A program made the translations under genes and the position numbers. Shown here in pieces: positions 1-11,667 of a stretch of 64,000 nt of DNA. Numbering within the stretch: the stretch's first letter is position 1; the number at the start of each line of letters is the position of its first letter. Under the pieces are notes generated by a model, which was not told the origin of the DNA, made no database searches, and saw only the letters and a program-made list of their open reading frames with translations. The DNA comes from a virus: the IMG/VR virus record IMGVR_UViG_3300021961_000054, positions 17,217 to 81,216 of that record; one strand, given 5' to 3'.

Positions 1-1
1 A

Positions 2-1129
2 GTAAGAGCATTAGCTGAAGATAGAGTGTTTGTTGAAGACCCAACAAAAGTATCAGACAATCCAGGTATTAAAGTTGGTAAGTATATTACAACAAGTAAT
101 AAATTTATAAGTGAATACACAAATGAAGGGTTTTTAAAGATGACTTTTGGTGGTGGAAATATATCTGCTGAAGAACAAATTAGGGATTTTGCAAGAACTG
201 GATACGATTTAAATATATCAAAATACTCAAACAATTTAGCACTTGGTAGTGCACTAAAACCAAACACAACATTATTCATACAATATAGAACTGGTGGTGG
301 TGCTACTAGTAATTTAGGTGTTAATGTTATAAATCAAATTGGAACCGTAACATTCGCTGTTAATGGACCACAAGAAACAACAAATAGAACTGTAATAAAT
401 TCATTAAGATGTAACAATTTAACTGCCGCAGTTGGTGGTGCTAATAGACCAACAATAGAAGAAGTTAGAAATATGGTATCATTTAACTTTGCAGCACAAA
501 ATAGAGCCGTAACAGTTAATGATTATGAATCTATTATTAGAAATATGCCATCACAATTTGGAGCACCAGCAAAAGTAACAATAACAGAGGAAAATAATAA
601 AATAAAAATAAAACTACTATCTTATGATGAAGATGGTAAGTTAACTGAAATATCATCAAACACATTAAAACAAAATATTGCAAATTACCTATCAAACTAT
701 AGAATGATAAATGATTATATCTCAGTTGAAAGTGCGAATGTAATTGATTTAGGTGTCACAGTTGATGTTGTCCTAGATGCCACACAAAACCAAGGAGCTT
801 TAGTCACAAAGATTGTTGATATTGTGACACAATATTTCTCACCAAGTAATAGACAAATGGGTGAAAATGTTTACGTATCAGAAATACGTAAGAATATACA
901 AAACGAAGATGGTGTAATTAGTGTGTCTGATATTTTGTTCTTTAATAAAGTAGGAGGTCAGTATTCATCATCTCAAACGTCACAAAAATATTCAGATCCT
1001 GAGACAAAACAAATCCAACTTATAGCCGACACAATATTTGCGGAACCAACCCAAACGTACCAAGTAAGATTCCCAAATAAAGACATTAACGTTAGAGTTC
1101 TTAATTTTAAAGGAATCAATTTCTCTTGA
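2..1129 (+). CDS. Baseplate wedge subunit (T4 gp6 / baseplate J-like), 5'-truncated by window edge
   Basis: Frame is open from base 2, so the GTG at 26 is not the true start. Contains YRTGGG...SNLG, AVGG..RPTIEEVR and FAAQNRAVTVNDY, typical of gp6/J-like wedge proteins. Confidence 0.8.
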   Translation, partial: VRALAEDRVFVEDPTKVSDNPGIKVGKYITTSNKFISEYTNEGFLKMTFGGGNISAEEQIRDFARTGYDLNISKYSNNLALGSALKPNTTLFIQYRTGGGATSNLGVNVINQIGTVTFAVNGPQETTNRTVINSLRCNNLTAAVGGANRPTIEEVRNMVSFNFAAQNRAVTVNDYESIIRNMPSQFGAPAKVTITEENNKIKIKLLSYDEDGKLTEISSNTLKQNIANYLSNYRMINDYISVESANVIDLGVTVDVVLDATQNQGALVTKIVDIVTQYFSPSNRQMGENVYVSEIRKNIQNEDGVISVSDILFFNKVGGQYSSSQTSQKYSDPETKQIQLIADTIFAEPTQTYQVRFPNKDINVRVLNFKGINFS

Positions 1130-1179
1130 TGATTTATTTTTTTTAGAAAAAGATTATTTTTTGAAAATAGGAAATAAAC

Positions 1180-1186
1180 TATTTAT
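1180..1186 (+). promoter_or_regulatory. TATTTAT putative phage late promoter
   Basis: Motif recurs just upstream of starts at most intergenic gaps before structural genes. Confidence 0.5.
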
Positions 1187-1202
1187 CAAGAAATAGAAAT
1201 CA

Positions 1203-4200
1203 ATGCCAAAATCGCAAAGAATATCAACAAACATAGGTGTAGACAAATCATTACGAGTACAGTTAGATCAAGACTTTGAAACACTAAATATATTATCGCT
1301 TAAAATACTAAAAAGTGACATATATAGTAGACAATGTTCTGACTATGGGGTTGTTGTTGGTAGAGTATCAGTTAATGGTGGATTTGGATTACCAAACGCC
1401 AAAGTATCTATTTTTATACCATTATCAGAAGAAGACAGCAATAATGAAGTTATAAAACAAATTTATCCATACGAGTCATTATCTGATTTTGACGATAATG
1501 GTTATCGATATAATCTATTATCTAAAAATCCATCATATGATGGTCACGTTGTTACCGGGACATTTCCAGATAGAGAAGAAGTTCTAACAGATCAGACATA
1601 TATTGAGTTATATGACAAATATTATAAGTTTACAACTAGAACAAACGATAGTGGGGATTATATGATATTTGGTGTACCAACTGGTAGCCAAACCGTTTTT
1701 ATGGACGTTGATTTATCTGATATTGGGTGTTTTTCATTATCACCACAAGACTTAATCCAATCAGGACAAGCCACCGAATCACAAGTAAATGGGTCTAAGT
1801 TTAAATCATCAACAAATCTAAGTGAATTACCACAAATAAAAACAATAAATAAAATTATTGAGGTATCTCCACTATGGGGTGAACCTGAAATATGTGAGTT
1901 AGGAATTACTAGAACTGATTTTGATTTAACAGCTGAAGCAAACATTAGTATAAACCCAACAGCTGTTTTTATGGGTTCAATTATATCAACAACAGAAGAT
2001 GACGCCTTAAAAACTAATTGTAAACCTAAAAATAATACTGGTAATTTATGTGAATTGGTTTCAGGTCCTGGACAAATATTAACGATAAGACAAACAATAG
2101 ATATTGATAATGAAGGAAGACCAATACTTGAACAATTTGATTTAGGTAATAATGGAAAAGTTATTGATGGAGATGGTTCCTATTTGGTTAATTTACCAAT
2201 GAATTTAGATTACATCTACACCAATGAATTTGGTGAACAAGCAATATCTAATGACCCAAAAGTAGGTATACCAACTAAAGCAAAATATAGATTTAAATTT
2301 AAATGGGAAAATGAAGGTGGATTACAAAATGATTTTTTAAGAGCAAATTACCTTGTACCAAACATTAAAGAGTATGGTTGGACTAGTTCATCATATAGTA
2401 CAGATCCATTAAAAACAGGTCTAGAACAAACAATAGAATTTATAACACCAGTTGGAAATACCTCAACAACGGTTACTTTTACACAAGATGGTGGATTAGT
2501 TTTTGACGAAACAATAAATACATCATCATATAGTGTGACAATAAATGGACAACCTTATTTTGGTGATACGCAGGTTATTAGTGTTTTGGCTGGGGACGTT
2601 GTTGAAATAACACCAGTATTTATAGACCCAAGTACACCATCCACTGTTAATTATACAAATTATAATCAAGAATATTTTGAATTATTAAAATCATATTCAT
2701 TTAGTCTAGATTGGGATGATTACGTAAATCAACAGGAAGCCATCAACTGTGAAGATACTTTTTATGAGTTTAATTATAACAAGGTATATACAACAGCTAT
2801 GTTTATTGATAGATATAAAAATGGTATTGGTAGAGGTCGACATTTAGGTATTAAAGAAATTGATAATCGAAGTTGTAAATCAGATGTTAATACATTTCCA
2901 GTAAATGATGTCATTAGAAATTTTGACTTTTTATTTTTTGCCTTTAACCTACTACTCAACATATTAACACCAATATTTGTTGTTGTTTTATTTGTAGCAC
3001 ATTTAATTGCTTTAATGTGGCCAATTTTAAAATGGATATTAATAGCATTAGGTCTATATTTTACAGTACAAGCTGTATTTGAAGTTATTGACATTGCTAG
3101 TCAAATAGCTAATATTGGAAACGAAATTGCTGGTTTATTTAGTTTTGGTATTGGAGCAGTATTTAATTTAACAAATTTATTACAGGCTATATTATTGTCA
3201 CTAACTCTTCTAGCTTTAATAACTAAAGCAATTTTTATTATTGGTATATCTCTTGGATTTTTAACCTTAGCAATATTTGCAGCACTTAAAGTCAAAGGAT
3301 TTCCAAGAATTGGCCTTCCAATGATAACTTATCCAGATTGCTCAACTTGTGATTGTAATTGTGGTGAAGCTGAATTGGGTGATGATTTTGATAGTTCATC
3401 TGTTGAGTCATACGCAAACCAACAAGGAAGTCAAAATATAAATTTAGGTGGTGATTTACCATCTGGAATACCAGTAATGACTGCAACACAAAATTCGATT
3501 TTTGCACCAATAAATAAACTTAATAGCTACATAGTAGAACACCCAAATTTAGATCAACCTTTAAATGATGATAATGAACCTTTAAGATGTTATGGTAATT
3601 TTTGGTTTCAAGGGAGCGGTAATGACTGTTTTGGGGGAATTGGAGGACTAGATAGAGGAGCTCCAGAATATCAATATCGTTCATTCACAAATCAATCAGC
3701 AAATCAAACATTAGATGGTAGTGTTGGTGTTCCAGCAGGACTTGGGTTTCTTAGATTAGCTGCAGGTAGTGAGTCATTAGATGAGTCTAATATCCAATAT
3801 GGTATTCCAAGTAAATATTTATTACACGCACCACAACCATTTTTATTTGCGACATATAGAAGTGGGAATAATAGTGATTCACTAAGATATTTAGCACAAC
3901 CAGCAACTGAAGCTTACTCACAAAAACTAAATGAGTTTAATTATAGACAAAAATATTTTGATGTTGTTAATAGAATTAAAGTCACATTTAATGAACCAGA
4001 TAATAATGGTTTGTCACATTACGATCAACCACTAGTTATTTTAGCAAGACCGGGAATGCTACAAACTTTAGGTATTGGACAGTTATTCACTTTCCAAGAC
4101 CCTAATTTATCTAATTGTAATGTAAATATAACAGGAGCAACATTTGATGGTGACACAAATCAGTTTGGAACAAATGGTGTAACAGGAACAACACAAACAG

Positions 4201-6974
4201 GTCCCGTAATTCCAATAAGTGTAAATTATGCTAATACACCAACAACAAACGCAACAGTACAATATAGCTTAATTAATACTGGAGATGCCGAAACTTATTT
4301 ACAGTATCCAATAGATCTCGAGTATTTCCAAGTTATAACAGGGTTTACATATAACGAGTTTATAAATAACCCAAATACACAGTCCCCTTTTACTTCAGAC
4401 AAGTTCCCAAACAAGTACTTAAACCATAGAACTTTATATTTTTATACTAATCCTAATGGAATCACTGATAGTGGTAGTATATCTCCAAATTCAGTATCAT
4501 CACTAAATGGTAATAGTAGTTTAACATTTAAAGGTTTTGGTGTTGAGACATATTTAGATCCTAACGACAACCCAAACTCAACAACCATAACAAATATGGT
4601 TGATTATGAAAACTTTGAAGTTATTATAATAACAAGAGGCGTTGACCCGCACTCACCAAAACAAAGAAATAGATATGATTTATCGGTTATTTTTGGAGAA
4701 ACATCTGAAAATGGGTCAGTTGTTGTTGAAGGAGACTATTATTTAAATGTACCAATACAAGGTACTGGTGTTGGCCCAAAACCAAAAACACATAATACAT
4801 CTAATAACTTAGGTAATAATAAACTATATTTCGAACCTTATAATTTTAGATTAGGAGAAACAAATGGTGGTATAAATGAGTTTTCACAATTTACATCTAC
4901 ACTACCATATTATTATTCAAATATTGACGAAGTAGACTATACACCATGGGTTAACGTACTTCCAACAACAAACCAGATAGGAGTTAATACTAATGGAACA
5001 ATATCATCAACAAATAGAAATCTAGTTTTACCAAATACACCATTATTACCAACTAGTGGTGTATTTAATAATACACATACTGCAAACTATTATTACGCTG
5101 GAGGATCTTTTACTTCATCACAAATAAATAACGGAACAGCCGTTATGTACGCTAATTTAGGTAGTAGTGATGGTAAAAAAAGTGATACCTGGAATTATGA
5201 TTGGGCTAGCCCAACATTTAGGAGATATGCAGTATACTCTCCCGCATACTATAGATACCCATTTTATCAAAGTAACCCAGTACAATTTAGTGTGGACCAA
5301 TCAGTTGGTGGAGCGCAATATCTTGTAATGAGAAGTGATAGGATACCAACATCAACATCTGTCGAAGAAGGACAACCATTCCCAGGATCAGACTTAAATT
5401 ACACAAGTTATGGTTTACACCAAAACAATAATTTCCAGGTATATTCTGTAGGTAACGCAGCCGCACCAATAAATACTTTTGCACCAGATATAAACCAAGG
5501 ACAGGGAGTTTATGATGAAACTGAGTTTGTACAATCATTAACATCAACACTAAGTTGTGAAAATATGGTTTCAGTACAATGTTATGAGTCTAGTAATGGA
5601 ACTGGGATAACAGTAAATCCAGATTGTGAAATAACTAGTGATATTGTTAAACAAGGTTGTTATTGTTTATTAAATGGAAAAGAGCTAGATAATCCATTTA
5701 TTAAAAAACTATATTTAATAGATGGTTTATATGCTAGAGATGCTAGACTATTAGTTGAATGGAAAACAAGATTTTTATTAACCTTTGCGGCTTGTAGAGG
5801 AGTATTTGGACAAACATTTCAGAATAATTGGTTAAATGGTGCGTTATATATGTTTACATTTAATAAAACATCAAGATATAAAATAGACCAACCAACTGAG
5901 CCAACATATAAGTATTGTAGAGACACAATTGTCTTTAATCAAATAACAAATAGTTTCTTTTATAGATCTTCACCATGGAATGGTAATAATTTTATTGGTG
6001 TTGAGTCACCTCCAAACCAAAACATACCACAAACACTTGTAAACAATTACCCAGGTTATGGGTATAATGAAAAAAGAATTCAGTTCCCAACAACAGTAAT
6101 GGACCTTGGACCTAGAGAGAAGTTTATATCTGAAATATGTTCTAGTGATAAATTTAATGGATATTTAGTTGATCAAGTTAGAAGTACTTCGTATCAAGAC
6201 AATTCAGATGTGCTCCAAATGGGCTTTATATCTAGAATATTAAACGTTGGATTCTGGAATCAATTATTACCTATTGGAAATCCTGGTGGTGGTTCAGCAG
6301 AAGGTAAAGGAATCATTCAGTTTTTTAATAGTAATAGAAAGGGAGATAGAATAGATGGTGATATTGCACAAGCGCTATCGATAAATTCAGAATGGAGAGT
6401 TAAACCATACTTAAGCGAAAACTATAGAGATGTTGATTTATTTATTGGTGAAAGTACATCTCCAGCAAGACCATTATTTGGAATATTCTTCTCATCTCAA
6501 ACCGAGGATTATATATATAGAAGAAAATTAAGTCCAGGTATTGAGTATTTTAGTTTAGATTGTGGGGGCGTTTACACTAATTTTGGATACACAACAGATC
6601 AAGTTGTACCACACTACAAATGGAAATTAGCACCTCAAAACGACCAAACTAACTTTATTTTTGGAACTGAAAATAATAATTGGGATACAAACTATAGTAG
6701 TGGAGGGTTTTATACTAATGAGTATCAAAACTTAAATTTTGACAATATACAAGAGTATTTTACAACAGGTGCGGATTTAAATCCAGGATTTATAACAAAC
6801 TTTGACATAGATGGCGACCCAGTCCCACAAAATAATAGCATACCACAAATAACACATGGATTACCGGGTGAAAGTATTTTAGTTGGTGCACCATTTTATT
6901 TTTATTTTGGATTAAACAATGGAAATACAGCAATAGATAAATTTATTAAATTTTATATAGAAACAACAAGCTAA
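1203..6974 (+). CDS. Large baseplate/tail-associated virion protein with N-terminal beta-sandwich region and internal hydrophobic (TM-like) segment
   Basis: 1923-aa ORF directly after the wedge gene. N-terminus has a VVVGRV...GLPNAKVSIF / TNDSGDYMIFGVPTG carboxypeptidase-regulatory-like pattern; hydrophobic run at about aa 575-700. Confidence 0.6.
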   Translation: MPKSQRISTNIGVDKSLRVQLDQDFETLNILSLKILKSDIYSRQCSDYGVVVGRVSVNGGFGLPNAKVSIFIPLSEEDSNNEVIKQIYPYESLSDFDDNGYRYNLLSKNPSYDGHVVTGTFPDREEVLTDQTYIELYDKYYKFTTRTNDSGDYMIFGVPTGSQTVFMDVDLSDIGCFSLSPQDLIQSGQATESQVNGSKFKSSTNLSELPQIKTINKIIEVSPLWGEPEICELGITRTDFDLTAEANISINPTAVFMGSIISTTEDDALKTNCKPKNNTGNLCELVSGPGQILTIRQTIDIDNEGRPILEQFDLGNNGKVIDGDGSYLVNLPMNLDYIYTNEFGEQAISNDPKVGIPTKAKYRFKFKWENEGGLQNDFLRANYLVPNIKEYGWTSSSYSTDPLKTGLEQTIEFITPVGNTSTTVTFTQDGGLVFDETINTSSYSVTINGQPYFGDTQVISVLAGDVVEITPVFIDPSTPSTVNYTNYNQEYFELLKSYSFSLDWDDYVNQQEAINCEDTFYEFNYNKVYTTAMFIDRYKNGIGRGRHLGIKEIDNRSCKSDVNTFPVNDVIRNFDFLFFAFNLLLNILTPIFVVVLFVAHLIALMWPILKWILIALGLYFTVQAVFEVIDIASQIANIGNEIAGLFSFGIGAVFNLTNLLQAILLSLTLLALITKAIFIIGISLGFLTLAIFAALKVKGFPRIGLPMITYPDCSTCDCNCGEAELGDDFDSSSVESYANQQGSQNINLGGDLPSGIPVMTATQNSIFAPINKLNSYIVEHPNLDQPLNDDNEPLRCYGNFWFQGSGNDCFGGIGGLDRGAPEYQYRSFTNQSANQTLDGSVGVPAGLGFLRLAAGSESLDESNIQYGIPSKYLLHAPQPFLFATYRSGNNSDSLRYLAQPATEAYSQKLNEFNYRQKYFDVVNRIKVTFNEPDNNGLSHYDQPLVILARPGMLQTLGIGQLFTFQDPNLSNCNVNITGATFDGDTNQFGTNGVTGTTQTGPVIPISVNYANTPTTNATVQYSLINTGDAETYLQYPIDLEYFQVITGFTYNEFINNPNTQSPFTSDKFPNKYLNHRTLYFYTNPNGITDSGSISPNSVSSLNGNSSLTFKGFGVETYLDPNDNPNSTTITNMVDYENFEVIIITRGVDPHSPKQRNRYDLSVIFGETSENGSVVVEGDYYLNVPIQGTGVGPKPKTHNTSNNLGNNKLYFEPYNFRLGETNGGINEFSQFTSTLPYYYSNIDEVDYTPWVNVLPTTNQIGVNTNGTISSTNRNLVLPNTPLLPTSGVFNNTHTANYYYAGGSFTSSQINNGTAVMYANLGSSDGKKSDTWNYDWASPTFRRYAVYSPAYYRYPFYQSNPVQFSVDQSVGGAQYLVMRSDRIPTSTSVEEGQPFPGSDLNYTSYGLHQNNNFQVYSVGNAAAPINTFAPDINQGQGVYDETEFVQSLTSTLSCENMVSVQCYESSNGTGITVNPDCEITSDIVKQGCYCLLNGKELDNPFIKKLYLIDGLYARDARLLVEWKTRFLLTFAACRGVFGQTFQNNWLNGALYMFTFNKTSRYKIDQPTEPTYKYCRDTIVFNQITNSFFYRSSPWNGNNFIGVESPPNQNIPQTLVNNYPGYGYNEKRIQFPTTVMDLGPREKFISEICSSDKFNGYLVDQVRSTSYQDNSDVLQMGFISRILNVGFWNQLLPIGNPGGGSAEGKGIIQFFNSNRKGDRIDGDIAQALSINSEWRVKPYLSENYRDVDLFIGESTSPARPLFGIFFSSQTEDYIYRRKLSPGIEYFSLDCGGVYTNFGYTTDQVVPHYKWKLAPQNDQTNFIFGTENNNWDTNYSSGGFYTNEYQNLNFDNIQEYFTTGADLNPGFITNFDIDGDPVPQNNSIPQITHGLPGESILVGAPFYFYFGLNNGNTAIDKFIKFYIETTS

Positions 6975-6975
6975 T

Positions 6976-8742
6976 ATGGTAGTTAATGAGGATAGTAAAA
7001 TAGTGTTGGGTAAAAAAAGATTTCAGAACTCATTTAATGTTACTGAATCTGAAAAGGTAACACTTTCACAAACTGCAAAAGAATTTGTGGAGTACGATAG
7101 AGCTATTGACGTTAGTTTACCACAGATTTTTGATGATGAAAGACAACAATCTACAGTTTTTAGGCCAACAACAAAATACTCATTCATATTTAAAAACCAA
7201 TATTCTGGATCAACTAATTACCAACCATACATTGATTATTTATATTACGTAAATTTAGATTCTATTGCTATACAAACAGCATGTAATCAAAATACAAATA
7301 ATACTTGGTATGGTTATCCACAATATACTGAATTTGACCTTATAAGAAATGATAATGATAAGATTGGATACACAACAGGTGGATTAGGTAATGAACACCA
7401 ACAATTTTTAAACAAAAGCGCTACAACGTATAATTGGACTCACTATGCTAGTTACGCATATAGCAATAATCCAAACAAACAATTAACCGCAAATGACACA
7501 CAAACATTAACAACGTGGAACTGGACCGCCGGCGATGGTATCCCATTTATTATTACCTCAAACGCAGATAGCAATATTGAATTTAGATGTCCAATGAAGC
7601 ATGGATTAAAAGAAGGCGAACACGTTGAGTTATCAATAGATTATAATGGTGAAAATATTTTTACAATAGAATTTTTAGGAAATGGTGGTGATGGTAGTGA
7701 GTATTATTATTTTAATATATATAATATTGGTTACTTAGGAAATACATTTGATGTTGGAACTATTGGTACATTTAAAAGAGTTTTAGATGTTGATAATTTA
7801 ACCGAGACAACATCAAAATACTATGTTAGACAACACAAAATATTAACAAATGTTGAGGATTGTGTTTTAACAAGAACTGCTTTTGATAATAATATTTTTA
7901 GTTTAAAGACACAATACGAAAAACCAATTTATGGTGGAACCCCACTAGCCCTAGTTACCCCAACAACACTTCCTAGAACATCAATTCTTGAAGGTAGTCA
8001 AAACTATACATTGTCCTTTAATAAGGATATTGACTTATCTACTTTAATTGATAATCAAAAAAGACCAGTAACAGAGTTATTTTTTACAACAATATGGAAA
8101 GGGTATTGGGGATGGACAAACAAACTAAAACAAGGCCATGAGTTTAATACACCACTATTCTTCCAAATACCAAGTACTTGGTGGGATCAGAATAACCCAC
8201 AATCAAATACAAATATACTAACACAACAATACTCATCAAATCAGTTACCAGCAGAAGGACCATTTACATATATGTCAAATTTAAACGAAGGTGATATTAT
8301 TGATGGTGATTATTGTGAGTGGAATGATTTTGAACAAAGTGAAAGAGTAATATCAAGGTATGTTAATAAAATAACATTTAATCAAAACTATTTTGTTCAA
8401 AATTTAGGAGCGCTACCAGATAATACATTTGGATATTATTATTATCCACACAACCCAATAACAATACAAGTTTATTCTAGTTATATAGAAGAATCAGATT
8501 CTAGTATTGATTTAGAGGGTATGCCAGACTATGCGTTTTACTCAAATGCCTCAAATAGTTTTAGATGGAGAGATATATACCCTTTTGGTTTTATAGATAA
8601 TGATGGATTAGGTGTTGATTATCCATTTACAAATGGTAAACATTATCCATATACTAATACAATTTTTAGAGTATTTCCAGAAGGAATTGGACTACCAAAT
8701 ATAAACGAAATTGCAGACCCAACAATAGATGAGTGTGAATAA
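6976..8742 (+). CDS. Putative tail/baseplate structural protein
   Basis: 588-aa ORF in a tightly coupled structural operon; KHGLKEGEHVEL resembles the FCCH-like motif common in phage tail proteins. Confidence 0.55.
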   Translation: MVVNEDSKIVLGKKRFQNSFNVTESEKVTLSQTAKEFVEYDRAIDVSLPQIFDDERQQSTVFRPTTKYSFIFKNQYSGSTNYQPYIDYLYYVNLDSIAIQTACNQNTNNTWYGYPQYTEFDLIRNDNDKIGYTTGGLGNEHQQFLNKSATTYNWTHYASYAYSNNPNKQLTANDTQTLTTWNWTAGDGIPFIITSNADSNIEFRCPMKHGLKEGEHVELSIDYNGENIFTIEFLGNGGDGSEYYYFNIYNIGYLGNTFDVGTIGTFKRVLDVDNLTETTSKYYVRQHKILTNVEDCVLTRTAFDNNIFSLKTQYEKPIYGGTPLALVTPTTLPRTSILEGSQNYTLSFNKDIDLSTLIDNQKRPVTELFFTTIWKGYWGWTNKLKQGHEFNTPLFFQIPSTWWDQNNPQSNTNILTQQYSSNQLPAEGPFTYMSNLNEGDIIDGDYCEWNDFEQSERVISRYVNKITFNQNYFVQNLGALPDNTFGYYYYPHNPITIQVYSSYIEESDSSIDLEGMPDYAFYSNASNSFRWRDIYPFGFIDNDGLGVDYPFTNGKHYPYTNTIFRVFPEGIGLPNINEIADPTIDECE

Positions 8743-9541
8743 GTATAAAATAACATTACCAAGTATTAATAAACAATTGGACATCCCAATTGAGATTAAA
8801 TGGGATTTTACAGAACGAGATCAAGCAATTGATTCATACCAAGGTACTATAGTTGAGGATGTTATTGGTAAACCAATTGATTTTGAATTATCTAGATTCC
8901 CACATAAAGAGTACTATTCAGACTCTTTAAATCAACTTATAACCAAAATAAATTACGAATTTTACTTTTTTAATACTGGGCAGACAATATCCAATCAAGC
9001 ATCCTGGGTGAATACTTATACAGTATTAGGCTTCTCAAATAAAGATATTTATTCATATATAAAACCATTCACCAAATCTTTCTTTAAGTTAGATTTTTAT
9101 GATACTAAAAATGAACTATCACAAAAAAATTATTTTACAATAATACTACCAGTACAACAGGGATATTTTGAAACTGTGGATATTAGTAATTACTTAACAA
9201 ACGTAGAAATACGAAAACCTAAATTTGGTTTAGATTATGTTGGTGATAAAGAAGGATTTTTTATTTATTGGTTAAGAAAAAAAGACTATATAGATCTTAG
9301 TGAATTTTATATGAGTGCTAAGTTTTTTAATGCAAGAACTGGACAGTTTATCACAATGATGAATAAATCACAAGCAACACTTGGAGGTAATTATAATACA
9401 TTTAATGGTGAGGATTATCTATATTATAAAGTTAATATAGATTATAATGATATATCATATATTGTTAGTGATACACAAAATATGACTAGAGTTGGTGACG
9501 ACATAAACCCAATACAATGGTATCAATACGTTAATCCATAA
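8729..9541 (+). CDS. Hypothetical structural protein
   Basis: 270-aa ORF overlapping its neighbours within the structural operon. Confidence 0.55.
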   Translation: MSVNKYKITLPSINKQLDIPIEIKWDFTERDQAIDSYQGTIVEDVIGKPIDFELSRFPHKEYYSDSLNQLITKINYEFYFFNTGQTISNQASWVNTYTVLGFSNKDIYSYIKPFTKSFFKLDFYDTKNELSQKNYFTIILPVQQGYFETVDISNYLTNVEIRKPKFGLDYVGDKEGFFIYWLRKKDYIDLSEFYMSAKFFNARTGQFITMMNKSQATLGGNYNTFNGEDYLYYKVNIDYNDISYIVSDTQNMTRVGDDINPIQWYQYVNP

Positions 9542-10713
9542 TGCAAGAACAAAGATATTATTTTAGGATTTCACCAGAAAATATAAAAGGAGATATTATT
9601 AATGTACCATATACTGGAGAAACAGATATTTCGGTTTTAATTGATCCATGTTGTCCAATAACTGCAACAACTATAAATACGTTAACAGGTACAACTGGTG
9701 TTTATGTACCAATGCCATCAATATTAAGTGGAGGGACACATGGTGAATCATTATTAACTTGTCTTACATTACCATTATTATTTACCGAAAACACAAATGA
9801 TTTGGGGTATTATACGCCATTTGATGGTGCAATTTATCAAAAAGATTTGGTAAATAACTTTGTGACATCAGCGACAACCTCATCACCATACGAGGTTATT
9901 TTTTATAACACATCACAAACTAATTTTAAGAAATTTTTATCAATAAATACCTTTGTTGTTGATTGGGGAGACAATTCACCAGAAACGACAATAACAAGTT
10001 ATACTCCAGTAACACATACCTATCCAATTGCAAACACAAATTACACAATAACTATGAAAAGTTATTCACCATGGGGTGTGTCAACAGTAAAAAAGGAAGT
10101 GATTGTACCATTTACTGGAACAACAATACCAAACCCAAATGGAACTGCATATTTTACTTCAGCGGGTTGTTATTGGAGTGGTACGCCAATAAGTTATGAC
10201 TACTTATTTACTGGTGATTCAAATACAAATATTTCAGATTATAATTCAAGCGGATATACAACAACACCATTCCTTATAACTGGATATACTAAAAGCTCAT
10301 TAAGTGATTTAGCACAATATGGACCAAAATATAATTTATTTGGCGGGAAATACAAATTAAATGTACCAGTGACTGGAACATCAGGTGATTATGGAATTGT
10401 ATATGGTCCAGATCCATCTAATACATATACCGCATATACAATAAATGATATTTTGTATTGGGATATAAACGATGGTACTACAATATATTTTTTAACATCA
10501 GATGGTATTGTTGATAGTAATTACACATTATCCGCATTAACCAAAAATGAGGCATTACTAAACGTTATTGACGAACCACAAATACAGTCAAATCTTTTTG
10601 TTGAGAGAGGTAAGATTTCTGGTTTAGAGGCAATACAAAGACTAGGAGAAGTCGATAATTTAGGAGATATTACTAAATATGGTTATGGATACTTTAATGT
10701 CAAAAAATATTAA
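9541..10713 (+). CDS. PKD/Ig-like domain virion protein
   Basis: VVDWGDNSP...THTY...YTITM is a PKD-like signature; Thr/Gly-rich. Confidence 0.6.
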   Translation: MQEQRYYFRISPENIKGDIINVPYTGETDISVLIDPCCPITATTINTLTGTTGVYVPMPSILSGGTHGESLLTCLTLPLLFTENTNDLGYYTPFDGAIYQKDLVNNFVTSATTSSPYEVIFYNTSQTNFKKFLSINTFVVDWGDNSPETTITSYTPVTHTYPIANTNYTITMKSYSPWGVSTVKKEVIVPFTGTTIPNPNGTAYFTSAGCYWSGTPISYDYLFTGDSNTNISDYNSSGYTTTPFLITGYTKSSLSDLAQYGPKYNLFGGKYKLNVPVTGTSGDYGIVYGPDPSNTYTAYTINDILYWDINDGTTIYFLTSDGIVDSNYTLSALTKNEALLNVIDEPQIQSNLFVERGKISGLEAIQRLGEVDNLGDITKYGYGYFNVKKY

Positions 10714-10719
10714 ATATAC

Positions 10720-10726
10720 TATTTAT
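10720..10726 (+). promoter_or_regulatory. TATTTAT putative late promoter
   Basis: In the 45-nt gap before the 10759 ORF. Confidence 0.5.
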
Positions 10727-10758
10727 AAAAATAGATAAACTTAAATAATTAACTAGAC

Positions 10759-11667
10759 GTGGCAACAGGAACTTATGGAACTATTAGACCAGCAGATGTT
10801 AGCCCAGATGATGTTGAAATCATATTAAATTACACACCATCTAGGGATGACACACAAAATTTTTTATTAACAAAACTAAACTCAAAAGAAGTTTTGAAAC
10901 CATATTTTCATAATTCTAATACTGGTGGAAATGCTAATGTTGAAATTTTAGGTGGTCTATACAATTTAAAACTACCAGCTGATGTTTTTAATAGATTGGG
11001 AATATACACCCTATACATTAGACCAGCTGAAATTAGAACTAAAATAACTGATTGTGGCGTTTTATCAGCACTCCCAAATGTAAATGGGATTGTGATTGAT
11101 ATAAATGGAGTACCACCACAATTTAGAAATAAATTTGTAAATCAAGGACTAATTGGTTTTAGAGTTGAGTACTTAAATGATAATGGAACTAAAATACCTA
11201 ATTTCTTTAGGTTAATAACATCTTCTTTTTATTGTGAACCAGTATATCAAAACCTAACAAATACGTCACAAAAAGTTATTAGATACCGGTATGTTGAAAA
11301 TGCAACAAATCTAATATTTTGTACACTATCACCATCAACATCGCCAACCAACAAACCAAGTGCGATACCATTCATTGGACAACCAAACCAAAATATAATA
11401 ATAACAAATACATTCTTTAATCCAATAACAACAGAGGTTGAGATTGTTGAACATGACGTATCAACATTAGCAATTGCTCTATATGGTAATCAAACCAAAT
11501 CAATGGATGATGGGATTTACACAATTTACGATAACCAAAATAATATATATAAACAATACAATCTATTTGAAATTCGAGATCAATTTAACAATCTATTATA
11601 CGAAGTTAGACAAGATCGAGGAACAAATATTGATTTTAGTAAAGCATTTAATAACATAGTCGGATAA
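10759..11667 (+). CDS. Hypothetical structural (baseplate-region) protein, GTG start
   Basis: 302-aa ORF translationally coupled (TAATG) to the next gene. Confidence 0.55.
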   Translation: MATGTYGTIRPADVSPDDVEIILNYTPSRDDTQNFLLTKLNSKEVLKPYFHNSNTGGNANVEILGGLYNLKLPADVFNRLGIYTLYIRPAEIRTKITDCGVLSALPNVNGIVIDINGVPPQFRNKFVNQGLIGFRVEYLNDNGTKIPNFFRLITSSFYCEPVYQNLTNTSQKVIRYRYVENATNLIFCTLSPSTSPTNKPSAIPFIGQPNQNIIITNTFFNPITTEVEIVEHDVSTLAIALYGNQTKSMDDGIYTIYDNQNNIYKQYNLFEIRDQFNNLLYEVRQDRGTNIDFSKAFNNIVG

